NCBI GenBank assembly: GCA_963675785.1
Contig: OY776562.1
Coordinates: 1,152,001-1,216,000 of the forward strand
Length of the DNA: 64,000 nucleotides
Direction of reading: 5' to 3'
Source of the DNA: Anaerolineae bacterium
GTDB taxonomy: Bacteria > Chloroflexota > Anaerolineae > UBA1429
Positions 46,941-56,436 of this stretch are shown one piece after another; within the stretch, counting starts at the first letter, position 1; every line of letters starts with the position of its first letter. Under the pieces are notes generated by a model. The model did no database searches. It was not told the origin of the DNA and saw nothing but the letters and a program-made list of their open reading frames with translations. The position numbers and the translations under genes were made by a program.

Positions 46941-49900
46941 CTAATTATTCAAAACCAACGGCAAGTACTGGAAGGCCTGACCGGAAATTACCTTGCTCAG
47001 CTCAAAAGTGCCCCCATCCATAGTAACACTGGCCTGGGTCGTAAGCGACGTGCCGTCAGGATACGTACTCCCCAGTTGGAATGTCAGGCGCAGAGTTTTT
47101 GTCTGCCCCTCTGCCAGTGTGCCGCTCCAGCTCAAGTGGCCGCTAGCATAAGTGCCGCCATCTGAGGAGACATAGATGGCGTCATCGGGCAAGGGTAGAT
47201 CGCCCTCGGCAGTAACAGTGGTTGCTGCAGCGTGTCGCAACGTCAGTAGGAGTGTTACTGTCTCCCCGGCTCGAGCCGGACCGCCAGAAGATGTAAAGGT
47301 TGAGGAACCTCCCAGAACTGGGTTCACCGTACATGTGTTGATGGCCGAATGCCCCAAAGAATCGTTGACTTGGACGGTAACAGTGATTGGCCGCCCGTTT
47401 TCCTCTGGAATCAGCGAGATAGAAGACCCTGTGGTTTCTACAATTCGTGTAGAGAGGCCATCATCAATCTGCCAGCGATAGCCCGAGAGGTTGCCATACG
47501 ATGACGCCGCAGAACAGGAAACCTGCACTGGTTCGTTGGCCTCTGCTGTCAGGTCATTACAGGTAACGTTTACCTGATCGTTCAGCCAATCGATAAGGCC
47601 CCCAAGCAATTCGGAGGCGCTTGTTGGCGAATTGCTGGCGATACCTTCGAGGCCAAAGCCAAGATAGGCCGTGCGGTAGGGTAAATCGAGATCGGGGTAC
47701 TCGATGGAAGGTTCAGCGGACTTGGCCACAGCTACCCCCCCATCCCCCACTGTGCTGTTCGAGGCTACACCCAACAAGGGAGAAACCAACATGGCGTCCG
47801 AGCCATCGGATAATCCGCCGAGTCCCAGTTCATCGACGGATGCCTGGTTTACCAGCGTGAGCTGCATATCTTGCAATGCGCCATTTGCTATGCCAAAAGC
47901 GGTCCCCGAGCTTGCGTCGAGAGCATCATTAGTCAAGAGATGTGCACCTAAATAGGTGTGAACCAGCGTCGAGAATCCCCACATTGTGTCTTCGTCACTG
48001 TTGACATCGCTGGCAGCCGCCAGATTCTGTCCAATAGCCAGCAGGTGCCCTCCTGATTCCAGGTATCTAGCTAACAGAGCCTGATCTGCCGAGGTAAGCG
48101 GCGTGGATACCAAATAATAGCCATCAGGATTGATGTTGTCGCCTGTAAGCCATACAACCGTCTCAAAAGCCAGCAGCTCGTCCAGATCGGGTATGGTGGT
48201 TTCTCCGCCATAGTTGATGTCGGCATCCCAATAGGTGACGCTATAGCCCGCGGCCTCCAAAGCCTGAAGAGTCAATTCACCATAGTCGGCATTACTCTCA
48301 AAGTGCGAGAAGTCGTTGTCGATGAGCAGCACATCCGCAGCAGCTGTCGGATTACGCAAGCTTGCCCAGAGCGGCACTGCGGTAACGTGAGTTCCATCAC
48401 TTATCAGCAGCCTGGCACTGGCGTCGCCCGGGGTAGCACTACTGTAGGTAGAAACACTCAAGCTGACGACTGTTTCTTGGCCAGGACTCATCGTAATGTC
48501 CGAAGGAAGCTGCAGGCGCAGTCGGCTATCGGCGCTGGCTGAAAAGGCATATGTCTGCGCTACCCCCGTGGTGCGGATGTCTCTTAGGGTGATATTGATC
48601 GTGGTCTGTTGGCCTGTGACCAGATTGGGAATGGCGATAGCGGATGGTTCTGCTATCAGGGTCAATGTATTTGAGGTTGCTATGTTGACATAGCCCGCAC
48701 CAGCATCCAAGGCTGAGGCAGTGGTGAGTGCACCATCCTCTTCTAGCGTAGCAGATGAAGCACCACCTTTGAGTGCTGCTTCCAGCGTCTCAGCTGACCA
48801 AGTTGAATGGGTAGACCACAGGTCCGCAGCAATGCCAGCGGCAGAAGCCGCTGCAGCAAGACTACTGGACATGACGCCGTAGGTGTTGCTGGGCAAAGCC
48901 GCAAGCACGTTGACGCCAGATGAGACCAGATCCGGCGCACTGAGACTGGAAAAGGCTGGTCCGCGCCCACTGAAATCGGCTACGGTACCTGCGGTAGTGT
49001 CTACCTCTCGTGCCCGAGGGTCGATCACCACAGCGGCGGTGCTATAAAGCGTAGCCCAGGCTTTTAAGCGTTCGCCATCACCCTGGCCGACGGCAATAAC
49101 GGGAATCGTGACACTGCTGCAAAGATCACCAGTGCAAGCCATCTCCAACTCGTCATCATCGCTGTTGATGATAATCACTGCCAAAGCACCGGCATCCTGG
49201 GCGTTTATCGCTTTTTCGACAAAGGTACAGCCGCCGCGCTCGATCAAAACGGCCGCCCCACTCAGATTTGCATTGATGGCAGAACACGCCTGGGCGTTAT
49301 CGGATTCCAGGTTTTCCAGATCTAGCAACTTGAGTTGAGCAGTAGGAAGACTAAGACGTTGTCCGAACAAAGCTGGGTACGTTTGGATATTCTGCAGAGA
49401 ATCAGGCACGCTACCAGAAGGTGCGGTAACATCCATCAAGTTTTGGAGTATCGCGGTTTCCCCAGAGGCCGCACCGACAACCAACACATCATCGACACTG
49501 GAAGCCGCATCTGTGGCAGTGCCAGCAGCGGGCCCTTCATCACCAGAGGGAACGACAACAAGAACACCCGCTGCAGTAGCCGCTGCCAACGCTTGCGAAA
49601 CAGGATCATTGCTGATACCCAAGGCGGCGGGACGAGTCCAGGGAGCCAGAATGATGTCGGCGCCATCGGCGACTGCGTCGTCAATCGCTTGAACCAATTC
49701 AACCGAGCTGGCAGAGGTACCATCCGGATCAAGACTGCCCGGGTAAAAGGCGCGATAGTTCATCAGCCAGGCCAAGGGGGCAAGCCCTTCTGTGGTGATG
49801 CTCGAACCCTGATATGAGGCAGTTACAGCATCACCGGCTGCCAGCGAGGCGGCAAAAGTGCCCAAGCCAGAATCATTATCGCCGGGGGAAGCATAACCTT

Positions 49901-50516
49901 CGCCGGTGATGGGAGTATTGCCGGGTTGTAGGTACATTCGTGCTACGATGACACGTTCGGTTGTGAAACGAGAATCGCCCCGAGGATAACCCGAAGGGGC
50001 CGACCAGCCATCTGCATCCAGCATGGGATGGGTCTCGTCGATGCCGCTGCTGATGACAGCGATCTTGATCCCCTGCCCTTCTGACGTCGCTTGCAGGGTC
50101 TGCTCGCTGCTGGTTTCACTAACCCAGTTTTCCAGTTCGACGGGGAGAGATGCGCTATCAAGAGTGTAGGTTGCTTCAGGGTAGACGGCCTGTACGCCGG
50201 GTGCAGCCAAGAGAGCAGCAGTAACTTGGTCAACCTGGTCATTGAAAACAGTGAGCACCGCCCCACTGAATACCGTGCCGCCCAGAGATTCGAGCGCTTG
50301 GTCCGAATAGGTTTGTACTGCGTCAATCTGCGAGGCCAAACTTTCGGCAGCGTTGATCGACGTAGCATCCGATGAGGAAGAGGTAAACTCGACAATCAGA
50401 CGAACCTGGCTTCTGTCCTCTGCGGCGCTTGCAGCCCGGTATACTGGCAGACATAGCGTGAGGACAAAGAGGATAGACAGCAGACTGCGAGTAAGGCGCG
50501 ATTGTATCAAGCGCAT
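46941..50516 (-). CDS. Secreted S8 subtilase-like protein with PA domain, catalytically degenerate
   Basis: Signal peptide, propeptide, LIERGGCTFVEKA PA motif, FSGRGP, APD; triad replaced; C-terminal YLPLVL. Confidence 0.85.
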   Translation of the reverse strand: MRLIQSRLTRSLLSILFVLTLCLPVYRAASAAEDRSQVRLIVEFTSSSSDATSINAAESLASQIDAVQTYSDQALESLGGTVFSGAVLTVFNDQVDQVTAALLAAPGVQAVYPEATYTLDSASLPVELENWVSETSSEQTLQATSEGQGIKIAVISSGIDETHPMLDADGWSAPSGYPRGDSRFTTERVIVARMYLQPGNTPITGEGYASPGDNDSGLGTFAASLAAGDAVTASYQGSSITTEGLAPLAWLMNYRAFYPGSLDPDGTSASSVELVQAIDDAVADGADIILAPWTRPAALGISNDPVSQALAAATAAGVLVVVPSGDEGPAAGTATDAASSVDDVLVVGAASGETAILQNLMDVTAPSGSVPDSLQNIQTYPALFGQRLSLPTAQLKLLDLENLESDNAQACSAINANLSGAAVLIERGGCTFVEKAINAQDAGALAVIIINSDDDELEMACTGDLCSSVTIPVIAVGQGDGERLKAWATLYSTAAVVIDPRAREVDTTAGTVADFSGRGPAFSSLSAPDLVSSGVNVLAALPSNTYGVMSSSLAAAASAAGIAADLWSTHSTWSAETLEAALKGGASSATLEEDGALTTASALDAGAGYVNIATSNTLTLIAEPSAIAIPNLVTGQQTTINITLRDIRTTGVAQTYAFSASADSRLRLQLPSDITMSPGQETVVSLSVSTYSSATPGDASARLLISDGTHVTAVPLWASLRNPTAAADVLLIDNDFSHFESNADYGELTLQALEAAGYSVTYWDADINYGGETTIPDLDELLAFETVVWLTGDNINPDGYYLVSTPLTSADQALLARYLESGGHLLAIGQNLAAASDVNSDEDTMWGFSTLVHTYLGAHLLTNDALDASSGTAFGIANGALQDMQLTLVNQASVDELGLGGLSDGSDAMLVSPLLGVASNSTVGDGGVAVAKSAEPSIEYPDLDLPYRTAYLGFGLEGIASNSPTSASELLGGLIDWLNDQVNVTCNDLTAEANEPVQVSCSAASSYGNLSGYRWQIDDGLSTRIVETTGSSISLIPEENGRPITVTVQVNDSLGHSAINTCTVNPVLGGSSTFTSSGGPARAGETVTLLLTLRHAAATTVTAEGDLPLPDDAIYVSSDGGTYASGHLSWSGTLAEGQTKTLRLTFQLGSTYPDGTSLTTQASVTMDGGTFELSKVISGQAFQYLPLVLNN

Positions 50517-50613
50517 GGGCCCTCCACAAGATGCTATAATTATGTAAACTATGGGACTATCTTGACGATAGCCCCATTCTTTGCCAATGCTCTATCACAT
50601 GCGTTTGGCGGTG

Positions 50614-51885
50614 TCAGTAGGTGTCGTCATCAATCCATAATTGGTGACTGTTCCACAACTGTACAAGCTGGGGTTTTTTGCTGCCAAACACCGAAGCAAT
50701 ATCCTCGATGAGGTCGTCCCGAGATACGGCAGTAACCTCTCTGAGCTGTCGTATGTAGGCGGCGGTACGTGCATAATAGATTGGTAAGAGCGATTCAGCT
50801 ACACGATCTGGATCGCCATCTCCCTGATTGAACACAACAGCGAATTCGGTGACAATTTGGGCCCATAGGTCGACGGGAAAAGCGAATTCGGTAGTAGGCT
50901 GGTCGCGCAGCTCGATGAGGTGTTCATAAACGCCGGCGGATAGAATCTGCTGCCAACGATCCCCCTGCTCTTCACATCCTTGGCTAAAAGCTGTCAATAG
51001 CCTGGGGATATAGCGGTAACTCTTGTCGGTTTTGAGCTGTCGAGCTCCCTTGATGACAGGAATTGTGGTTAAGGGATTATTCTGTTGCCAAATTTCATAG
51101 TGTACAGAAAGAAAACGGAAAAGTGTGCTTGCCAGATGCATAAAACGCATATCGCTGAGATCGCCAGGATCACAATGCGCGTCTCCTCTGAACCCCAACT
51201 CTACCTGGACGATCTCTGCACCAGAGACCATGGCTTCACTGCTCACCCAGGCACCAACCCCAAATCGGGCAATATCTGTTTCCCAAACATCCTGAGCTAC
51301 CAATCCTCGGGTCAGTCTGTCAGAGACACAGAACTCGGTACAGATAGGTTGGCGGAAGACCACATTACCAAAGAGACGAAACAATGGCGAAGCAAGATTG
51401 TCAGCTAGAGAAGAAGTAAACGTACTTTGAGAATAAGCTCCCACAGTAAGGTCGCTGCCTTCTAGCACTGGTTCAATCAGAGCCTGTACCCACTCGGGTT
51501 TGATTCCGGGCGCCTGAGCCTCAAATATGGCACAAGCCTTGGCCTGGGCCAGATAGGCAGCTTCGAGGATGGCAAGAATGCCCCGCCCTTTGCCTTGGCC
51601 GTCCTGATAAGTTGTAACGAGCCGTGTTGTATTCGGTGGAAGTTTGGTCTCTGATACAACGCGGGTGGTGTTATCGGATGATCCGCCGTCGGCATTGATC
51701 AAGAGCACGCTGTAATCGGAGAGGTACATTGTGATGCCCTGACAGATAGCTCCCACCACTTCGCCAATTGTGCGACCGTTCCGGTGGCTTGGTATGCCAA
51801 TGACGATATCGGGCTTTTGCCGCGAGAGCATCCGGTGAGCTTCTCTATTGAGAGCTGGTTCCAAATAGATCCCAAGTGAACTCAT
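50614..51885 (-). CDS. GT2-fold glucosylglycerate/mannosylglycerate synthase-like protein (degenerate)
   Basis: DIVIGIPS, NADGGSSDNT, GKG, RQPI; DxD position reads EAQ. Confidence 0.75.
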   Translation of the reverse strand: MSSLGIYLEPALNREAHRMLSRQKPDIVIGIPSHRNGRTIGEVVGAICQGITMYLSDYSVLLINADGGSSDNTTRVVSETKLPPNTTRLVTTYQDGQGKGRGILAILEAAYLAQAKACAIFEAQAPGIKPEWVQALIEPVLEGSDLTVGAYSQSTFTSSLADNLASPLFRLFGNVVFRQPICTEFCVSDRLTRGLVAQDVWETDIARFGVGAWVSSEAMVSGAEIVQVELGFRGDAHCDPGDLSDMRFMHLASTLFRFLSVHYEIWQQNNPLTTIPVIKGARQLKTDKSYRYIPRLLTAFSQGCEEQGDRWQQILSAGVYEHLIELRDQPTTEFAFPVDLWAQIVTEFAVVFNQGDGDPDRVAESLLPIYYARTAAYIRQLREVTAVSRDDLIEDIASVFGSKKPQLVQLWNSHQLWIDDDTY

Positions 51886-52041
51886 ACAACCTCACTTGAT
51901 CCGTTTTAGACGAATGGGCCGAGCACATCCCGGCTGATTATACCATAGAAAATGACTAACAGTCACCCTGATGAGCCTAGAATCCCATTTTTTTCTTACG
52001 GCCAGTTTTTCTGTTCTGCGATGTCGTGTGTCAAAGTGAAT

Positions 52042-52068
52042 AAAAAAGGGTGCCCATAGGCACCCTTC
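52042..52068 (-). terminator. Terminator of carD-like gene
   Basis: AAGGGTGCC-CATA-GGCACCCTT with A-run on plus strand. Confidence 0.8.
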
Positions 52069-52079
52069 ACTGGTATCGT

Positions 52080-52607
52080 TTACTTTTCGGCGAGAACTTC
52101 TTCAGCCACGGGCCTTACGATAATGGACAAACTGTCTTCGATCTGCCGTAGACCTTCTTTATAATCTACATTGCTGGCCAGAGCGTATTCTGCTGCCATA
52201 AGCTCTTTGCCTAGTTCATACAGGCTACGATCCACAGTGCCGAGCGGGCGAGAGACGCTTAAAAAGCAAAGATGTCGTACAACGTCGGTAACCACCTCAA
52301 AATCGCCGCTCTTGAGAAGCTCGCGCATGTCCTTTTGTCGATCTTTGTGATCCTGACTGATGGTTTCCTCGTCAAGAGCCTCGAATGGGGCATCTAGAAT
52401 CTCTTCGATACTGGATCGCTCGCCGACCGGATGGATTCCAATCTCTTCGGCCTTGTCGACAGGAACAAAAAGCCGTCTTCCCTTGGCTGCGGTATCAATG
52501 ACGTAATAGAGGCAAACCGTATCTCCCAGACTCTTTTCCTGAATCCGAGTGATGGTTCCGGCTCCGCAAGAAGGATGTACTACCTTGTGGCCGATACAAT
52601 AATCCAT
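52080..52607 (-). CDS. carD: CarD family transcription factor
   Basis: G.KVVHP..GAG.I..I, YY.I, LFVPV. Confidence 0.85.
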   Translation of the reverse strand: MDYCIGHKVVHPSCGAGTITRIQEKSLGDTVCLYYVIDTAAKGRRLFVPVDKAEEIGIHPVGERSSIEEILDAPFEALDEETISQDHKDRQKDMRELLKSGDFEVVTDVVRHLCFLSVSRPLGTVDRSLYELGKELMAAEYALASNVDYKEGLRQIEDSLSIIVRPVAEEVLAEK

Positions 52608-52853
52608 GGAGATTCTCCCCCCTTGCTGTGGCGCACAAATAAATCGCAACTCTCATTGCTGATTTGTTGCGGTATGCACCACGACGGTGTGCTGCTCTTG
52701 TGGGTTGGATTTCTGGCGGATTGCCCACTGTTCGGAGATGTACCCTGTTTGAGGAATGTGTAGCCTGTAATACATACAAGATATGTCCAAACTAGCACAT
52801 ATAATACCACAGAAAGTGTTCTTCTGCAATGCCCTCCGCACAGGTCGCAAATC

Positions 52854-52896
52854 AAAAGAGCAACACATCTTGCTCATGAATGATGTGCTGCTCTTT
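52854..52896 (-). terminator. Terminator of enolase-superfamily gene
   Basis: AAAGAGCAGCACATC...GATGTGTTGCTCTTTT on minus strand. Confidence 0.7.
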
Positions 52897-52908
52897 ATTC
52901 AGCGCTGC

Positions 52909-54018
52909 CTACGCTTCCAGTTCGGACACCTCACGATGGGCCTCATCAAGCCAGGTTTGCTTGATGGTGACACCCCATCCAGGCGTGTCGCTCAAAGCGC
53001 AGACGCCATCATGTACCTCTAGCAGTGGTTCGTATATGCTGCCACCGACATTGTGCGGCTCGATAGAGAACTCAAAGTGGGGACCAGCGTTAGGTATACC
53101 TGCCAGCAGATGAGCAGAGAATACCTGTACCAGTGAGTTGTTTGACGCGTGCGGTACGATGGGACGATTATATTCGGCCGCCATGCGGGCAACGGTCAGA
53201 GCACGGGTCATACCGCCGACATAGCAGATATCTGGCTGAGCGATATCGACTGCACCAGTAGTTAGGATCCGCCGCCATTGCATGAGGTCATAGTCCTGTT
53301 CGCCTGCTGCCACTGCGATATCCAGTGTTTCGGCAACTGTAGCCAGTGCTTCGATATCCCAATAGGGACAGGGTTCCTCATAGTGAGCGTATCCCTGATC
53401 TTCGAGCATGTGCCCCACCTGAATGGCCCGCCCAACACTGAACCCGCTATTCGCATCCACCATGAGCCGCACGTCTGGCCCCAGCGCTTGACGGATAAGC
53501 GGAATAATCTCTTCGGTTCTGCCAGGGCGCTCGTCCACGTCATGCCCCATGCGTTTGCCGACACGCACCTTGAAGGCCTCAAAGCCGTTCTGTTCACGAC
53601 AAAGTACCATACGTGCGGCTTCGTCGCGTGGCTCAATAATGCGTGAAGTACTGGATGCATAGGCAGGCGCGATCAGTTCTCGGGCACCTATCAGTCGTGC
53701 AACTGGCTGACCTTCCAGCTTGCCGTAGAGATCCCACAGCGCTGTATCGATGCCTGCCAGTGCCCGGCAGATATAGGTTCCAGGAAACTTGTAAGAGGTC
53801 TCGATGACGTGTTGGCTGATGCTATCACGATCCAGCGCATCCTGACCGAGCACGAGCGAGGTGACCTGGCGATGCAGCACCATCTGTGAGATATCCGCGT
53901 TCGTGGGGGCCATTTGCCCCCACCCACTAGCCCCCGATTCGGTGACGACACGAACGAGCCCCAAGCGATTATTGTTCTGGACGTAAGATTCAATACGTTT
54001 AATCGTCAATTCCGCCAT
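52909..54018 (-). CDS. Mandelate racemase/muconate lactonizing enzyme family
   Basis: GIDTALWDL.GK, MVDAN, EEP, AGE, QPD, PGWGV. Confidence 0.93.
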   Translation of the reverse strand: MAELTIKRIESYVQNNNRLGLVRVVTESGASGWGQMAPTNADISQMVLHRQVTSLVLGQDALDRDSISQHVIETSYKFPGTYICRALAGIDTALWDLYGKLEGQPVARLIGARELIAPAYASSTSRIIEPRDEAARMVLCREQNGFEAFKVRVGKRMGHDVDERPGRTEEIIPLIRQALGPDVRLMVDANSGFSVGRAIQVGHMLEDQGYAHYEEPCPYWDIEALATVAETLDIAVAAGEQDYDLMQWRRILTTGAVDIAQPDICYVGGMTRALTVARMAAEYNRPIVPHASNNSLVQVFSAHLLAGIPNAGPHFEFSIEPHNVGGSIYEPLLEVHDGVCALSDTPGWGVTIKQTWLDEAHREVSELEA

Positions 54019-55124
54019 CATCGCGCCTCCTGTTGGCTCCAAAGATTGCCCTCATCAACCATGGCCAAATAGCTATCGAGGGGCACATAATTTGCCACCG
54101 AATTGCCAGTGCCAAGGCAGTACCCACCCCCGACATGGCAGGCCTCGAGAGTTTCGCGCACGCGTTGTCGGATTGCCTGTTCTGGAGCGCGGCACAAAAA
54201 GTCGACATCAATACCGCCCAACAGTGTCAATCGATCGCCATAGCGTTTCTTGGTCTCACGTACGTCTTTGATGGTGTCTTCAAAGGAATGCAGTGCATCG
54301 ATGCCCACGTCTTCCAACAGATCAGGCATGATCGCATCGAGTTTGCCGCAGGAATGAAGCAGATAGGGACGACCAGCATCGTGGGCCATTTCGGCCAGGG
54401 CCTTGTGCGCGGGAAGCACAAACTCACGCAGGTCGTTGGGGCCGATAAGGGTGCCAGAGCGAAAGCCCATGTCATCACTGGCCCAAACTGCCTTGACGCA
54501 GTCAAAGGAGAGCACATGCTCCAAGGCACGCTTGGAGATATCCAAGAGCTTTTCTGAAACTGCGGCAACCAGATTACGATTATCAAAGAGTGCGTAACAG
54601 AGCGGCTCATAGCCAAAGAGCCAACTTAGGTGCTCACAGAAATGGCCAAAGCCTCCCTGGGCAACAATGCACATATCGGCGGCCAAGTACTTTTCATACC
54701 ATTCCAACTGCCGTGTAACGCCGAGCACATCTGGGTCGGGCCAGATGTAAGCATCAAAAGAAGCTTTATCTGAGATGGGGCCACTATGCTCATCTTGATA
54801 GGCGCGACCGCCAGAGCGGCGAAGGTCGGCAGTGTCTTCTGCCTCGACGCGGTTAAAGTGGTGATCGACCTTTTCCAGGCAGCCGCGCACATAATCATAA
54901 CCCATAAAACGCTGTAGAGCCTGCTCCCGCTCCAGATCAGCAAAGGGTGTATCGGCGGCAATATTGTCCCAGACGCCGAAGCGTGCCGCGACGGCCTCTT
55001 TCATCTCATCGTCTAGAAAGAGTTCACAATGATGGACCCGCTGCGGCGTGCCTCCCTGGCGGGTAAGGCAGTCGATAAAAGCCTGGGCGTTCGGACGAAC
55101 AGCATCATCAAAGTACTCTGACAT
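54018..55124 (-). CDS. Uroporphyrinogen decarboxylase (URO-D)-family protein
   Basis: SDDMGF, LHSCG, LGGID, GGGYCLGTGNSV. Confidence 0.88.
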   Translation of the reverse strand: MSEYFDDAVRPNAQAFIDCLTRQGGTPQRVHHCELFLDDEMKEAVAARFGVWDNIAADTPFADLEREQALQRFMGYDYVRGCLEKVDHHFNRVEAEDTADLRRSGGRAYQDEHSGPISDKASFDAYIWPDPDVLGVTRQLEWYEKYLAADMCIVAQGGFGHFCEHLSWLFGYEPLCYALFDNRNLVAAVSEKLLDISKRALEHVLSFDCVKAVWASDDMGFRSGTLIGPNDLREFVLPAHKALAEMAHDAGRPYLLHSCGKLDAIMPDLLEDVGIDALHSFEDTIKDVRETKKRYGDRLTLLGGIDVDFLCRAPEQAIRQRVRETLEACHVGGGYCLGTGNSVANYVPLDSYLAMVDEGNLWSQQEAR

Positions 55125-55154
55125 TGGGTCTCCCCCTAGTTTGTAGGACAGGAA

Positions 55155-55410
55155 ATGCTTATTGGGCACTACCTATGGATGACTGTGAATTATGATGGTT
55201 TTCGAGAGCCATGATCGCCTGGCGATCCACTGTAATGACCGGGAATCCCACCCCAATCAGTGTTTCTGGATCTGGAATCAGCCGGGCAAGATCACCCACC
55301 ATCGGATGTATCGCGTTGTTGTAACTGCTCTGCAATGGCCTGGGCTACAAGCAGAGTATTCCTGGTGTTCCCCGTGCCAAAAAGACGTAAATCTGAGCCC
55401 TTTTGAACAT
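55155..55410 (-). pseudogene. Frameshifted, truncated flavodoxin-fold (EFR1-like) gene
   Basis: GGAG RBS, MFKRAQIYVF / shift / GTGNT..LLVAQAIAEQL / stop and shift / LIGVGFPV. Confidence 0.65.
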
Positions 55411-55526
55411 GTGCTGTTCTCCAATCCTTATCATATTGCAGCAGGGCGTATTATGAGACGGCTATATCAGTTTGACAAGGGTGTGTACCGCATCTAACAT
55501 CAACTAAATTAGCCAGTGAGGCAAGC

Positions 55527-56351
55527 ATGGGATCGAGGACATTTTACGGCCTGTTGGGGGCGCTCTTGGCCCTCGCTATCATCGTTATTGCTGTTGGGCT
55601 GATGTTGAACAATACCTCAGTGGATGAGACGTTCAGCAACATTGAGCGGGCACAGCAGACGGCGACCGCAGTTGCAAAATCTACTCTTCCCGTGACCTTG
55701 CCAAGTGCGACGGCCGAACCCACTACAAGTGCTAGTAACTCTGTATCAGCAGCGCTTTTGCTACCCTACGATGAGCTGGACCTTTTGGGCTCTCATACCC
55801 TGTCATCTGAGTTGGTTTCTTCTGGGCCGATAACGACGACCACTATCTCGACGGTGTGGGAGACGAATATAGATACTGCCCTGAGACGTGTCGTAGTCAC
55901 GATCACAGAAGCATCGGCGGCAAACACACTCACCTTTGTAACTGAAACGATCTACTTGGCTGATACTGCCTATCAGCGACAGGATGACGGCCCCTGGACG
56001 ATGCGCTCCACCACTATGACAGAACTCGATACCTATGCACGCGATTGGCTGGGCGGCTATGACACTGAATTGCTGGATTGTCCTCTAACGCTCGTTGGGC
56101 GCGAGACGTTGCAAGGGATTCAGGTGAACCGCTACGCTGTGTCGCCCGACTGCATCAAAGAGATTGAATCTGGCGCTGTACTCTGGACTGTCGAAGCCAG
56201 CTTGTGGGCTACTGAAAGCGAGGGGCTGATCATTCAGGCTAGCATCTATCTTGAAGGTGTTGACAGCGAGGGCCAGCCTTTTGGTTATGAGATTGATGCC
56301 GAGGTTCAGAGTATCGGTGTCAACCCTGCCATTACGGTGCCAACTCTTTAA
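55527..56351 (+). CDS. Membrane-anchored protein with LolA/LppX-like domain
   Basis: N-terminal TM, Thr/Ser linker, GRETLQGIQVNRY..SLWA. Confidence 0.7.
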   Translation: MGSRTFYGLLGALLALAIIVIAVGLMLNNTSVDETFSNIERAQQTATAVAKSTLPVTLPSATAEPTTSASNSVSAALLLPYDELDLLGSHTLSSELVSSGPITTTTISTVWETNIDTALRRVVVTITEASAANTLTFVTETIYLADTAYQRQDDGPWTMRSTTMTELDTYARDWLGGYDTELLDCPLTLVGRETLQGIQVNRYAVSPDCIKEIESGAVLWTVEASLWATESEGLIIQASIYLEGVDSEGQPFGYEIDAEVQSIGVNPAITVPTL

Positions 56352-56436
56352 CTCCCTTTTTATCTTTTCGCGCTTGCGCAGTATAGAGATGCTCTCTAGT
56401 ATTCAGATATCCACCCCATCGCATTAGGAGAACTCG

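Noticed and set aside
50540-50550. TTATGTAAACT, identical to the Bacillus dif right arm
   Set aside because: No matching left arm; lies in an AT-rich upstream region
51968-52005. CTGATGA hammerhead-like core
   Set aside because: No GAAA after a stem II and no flanking stems I/III
52700-52735. GGGCAATCCGCCAGAAA resembling the start of a c-di-GMP-I riboswitch
   Set aside because: Pairing strand and GCAAA second half are missing
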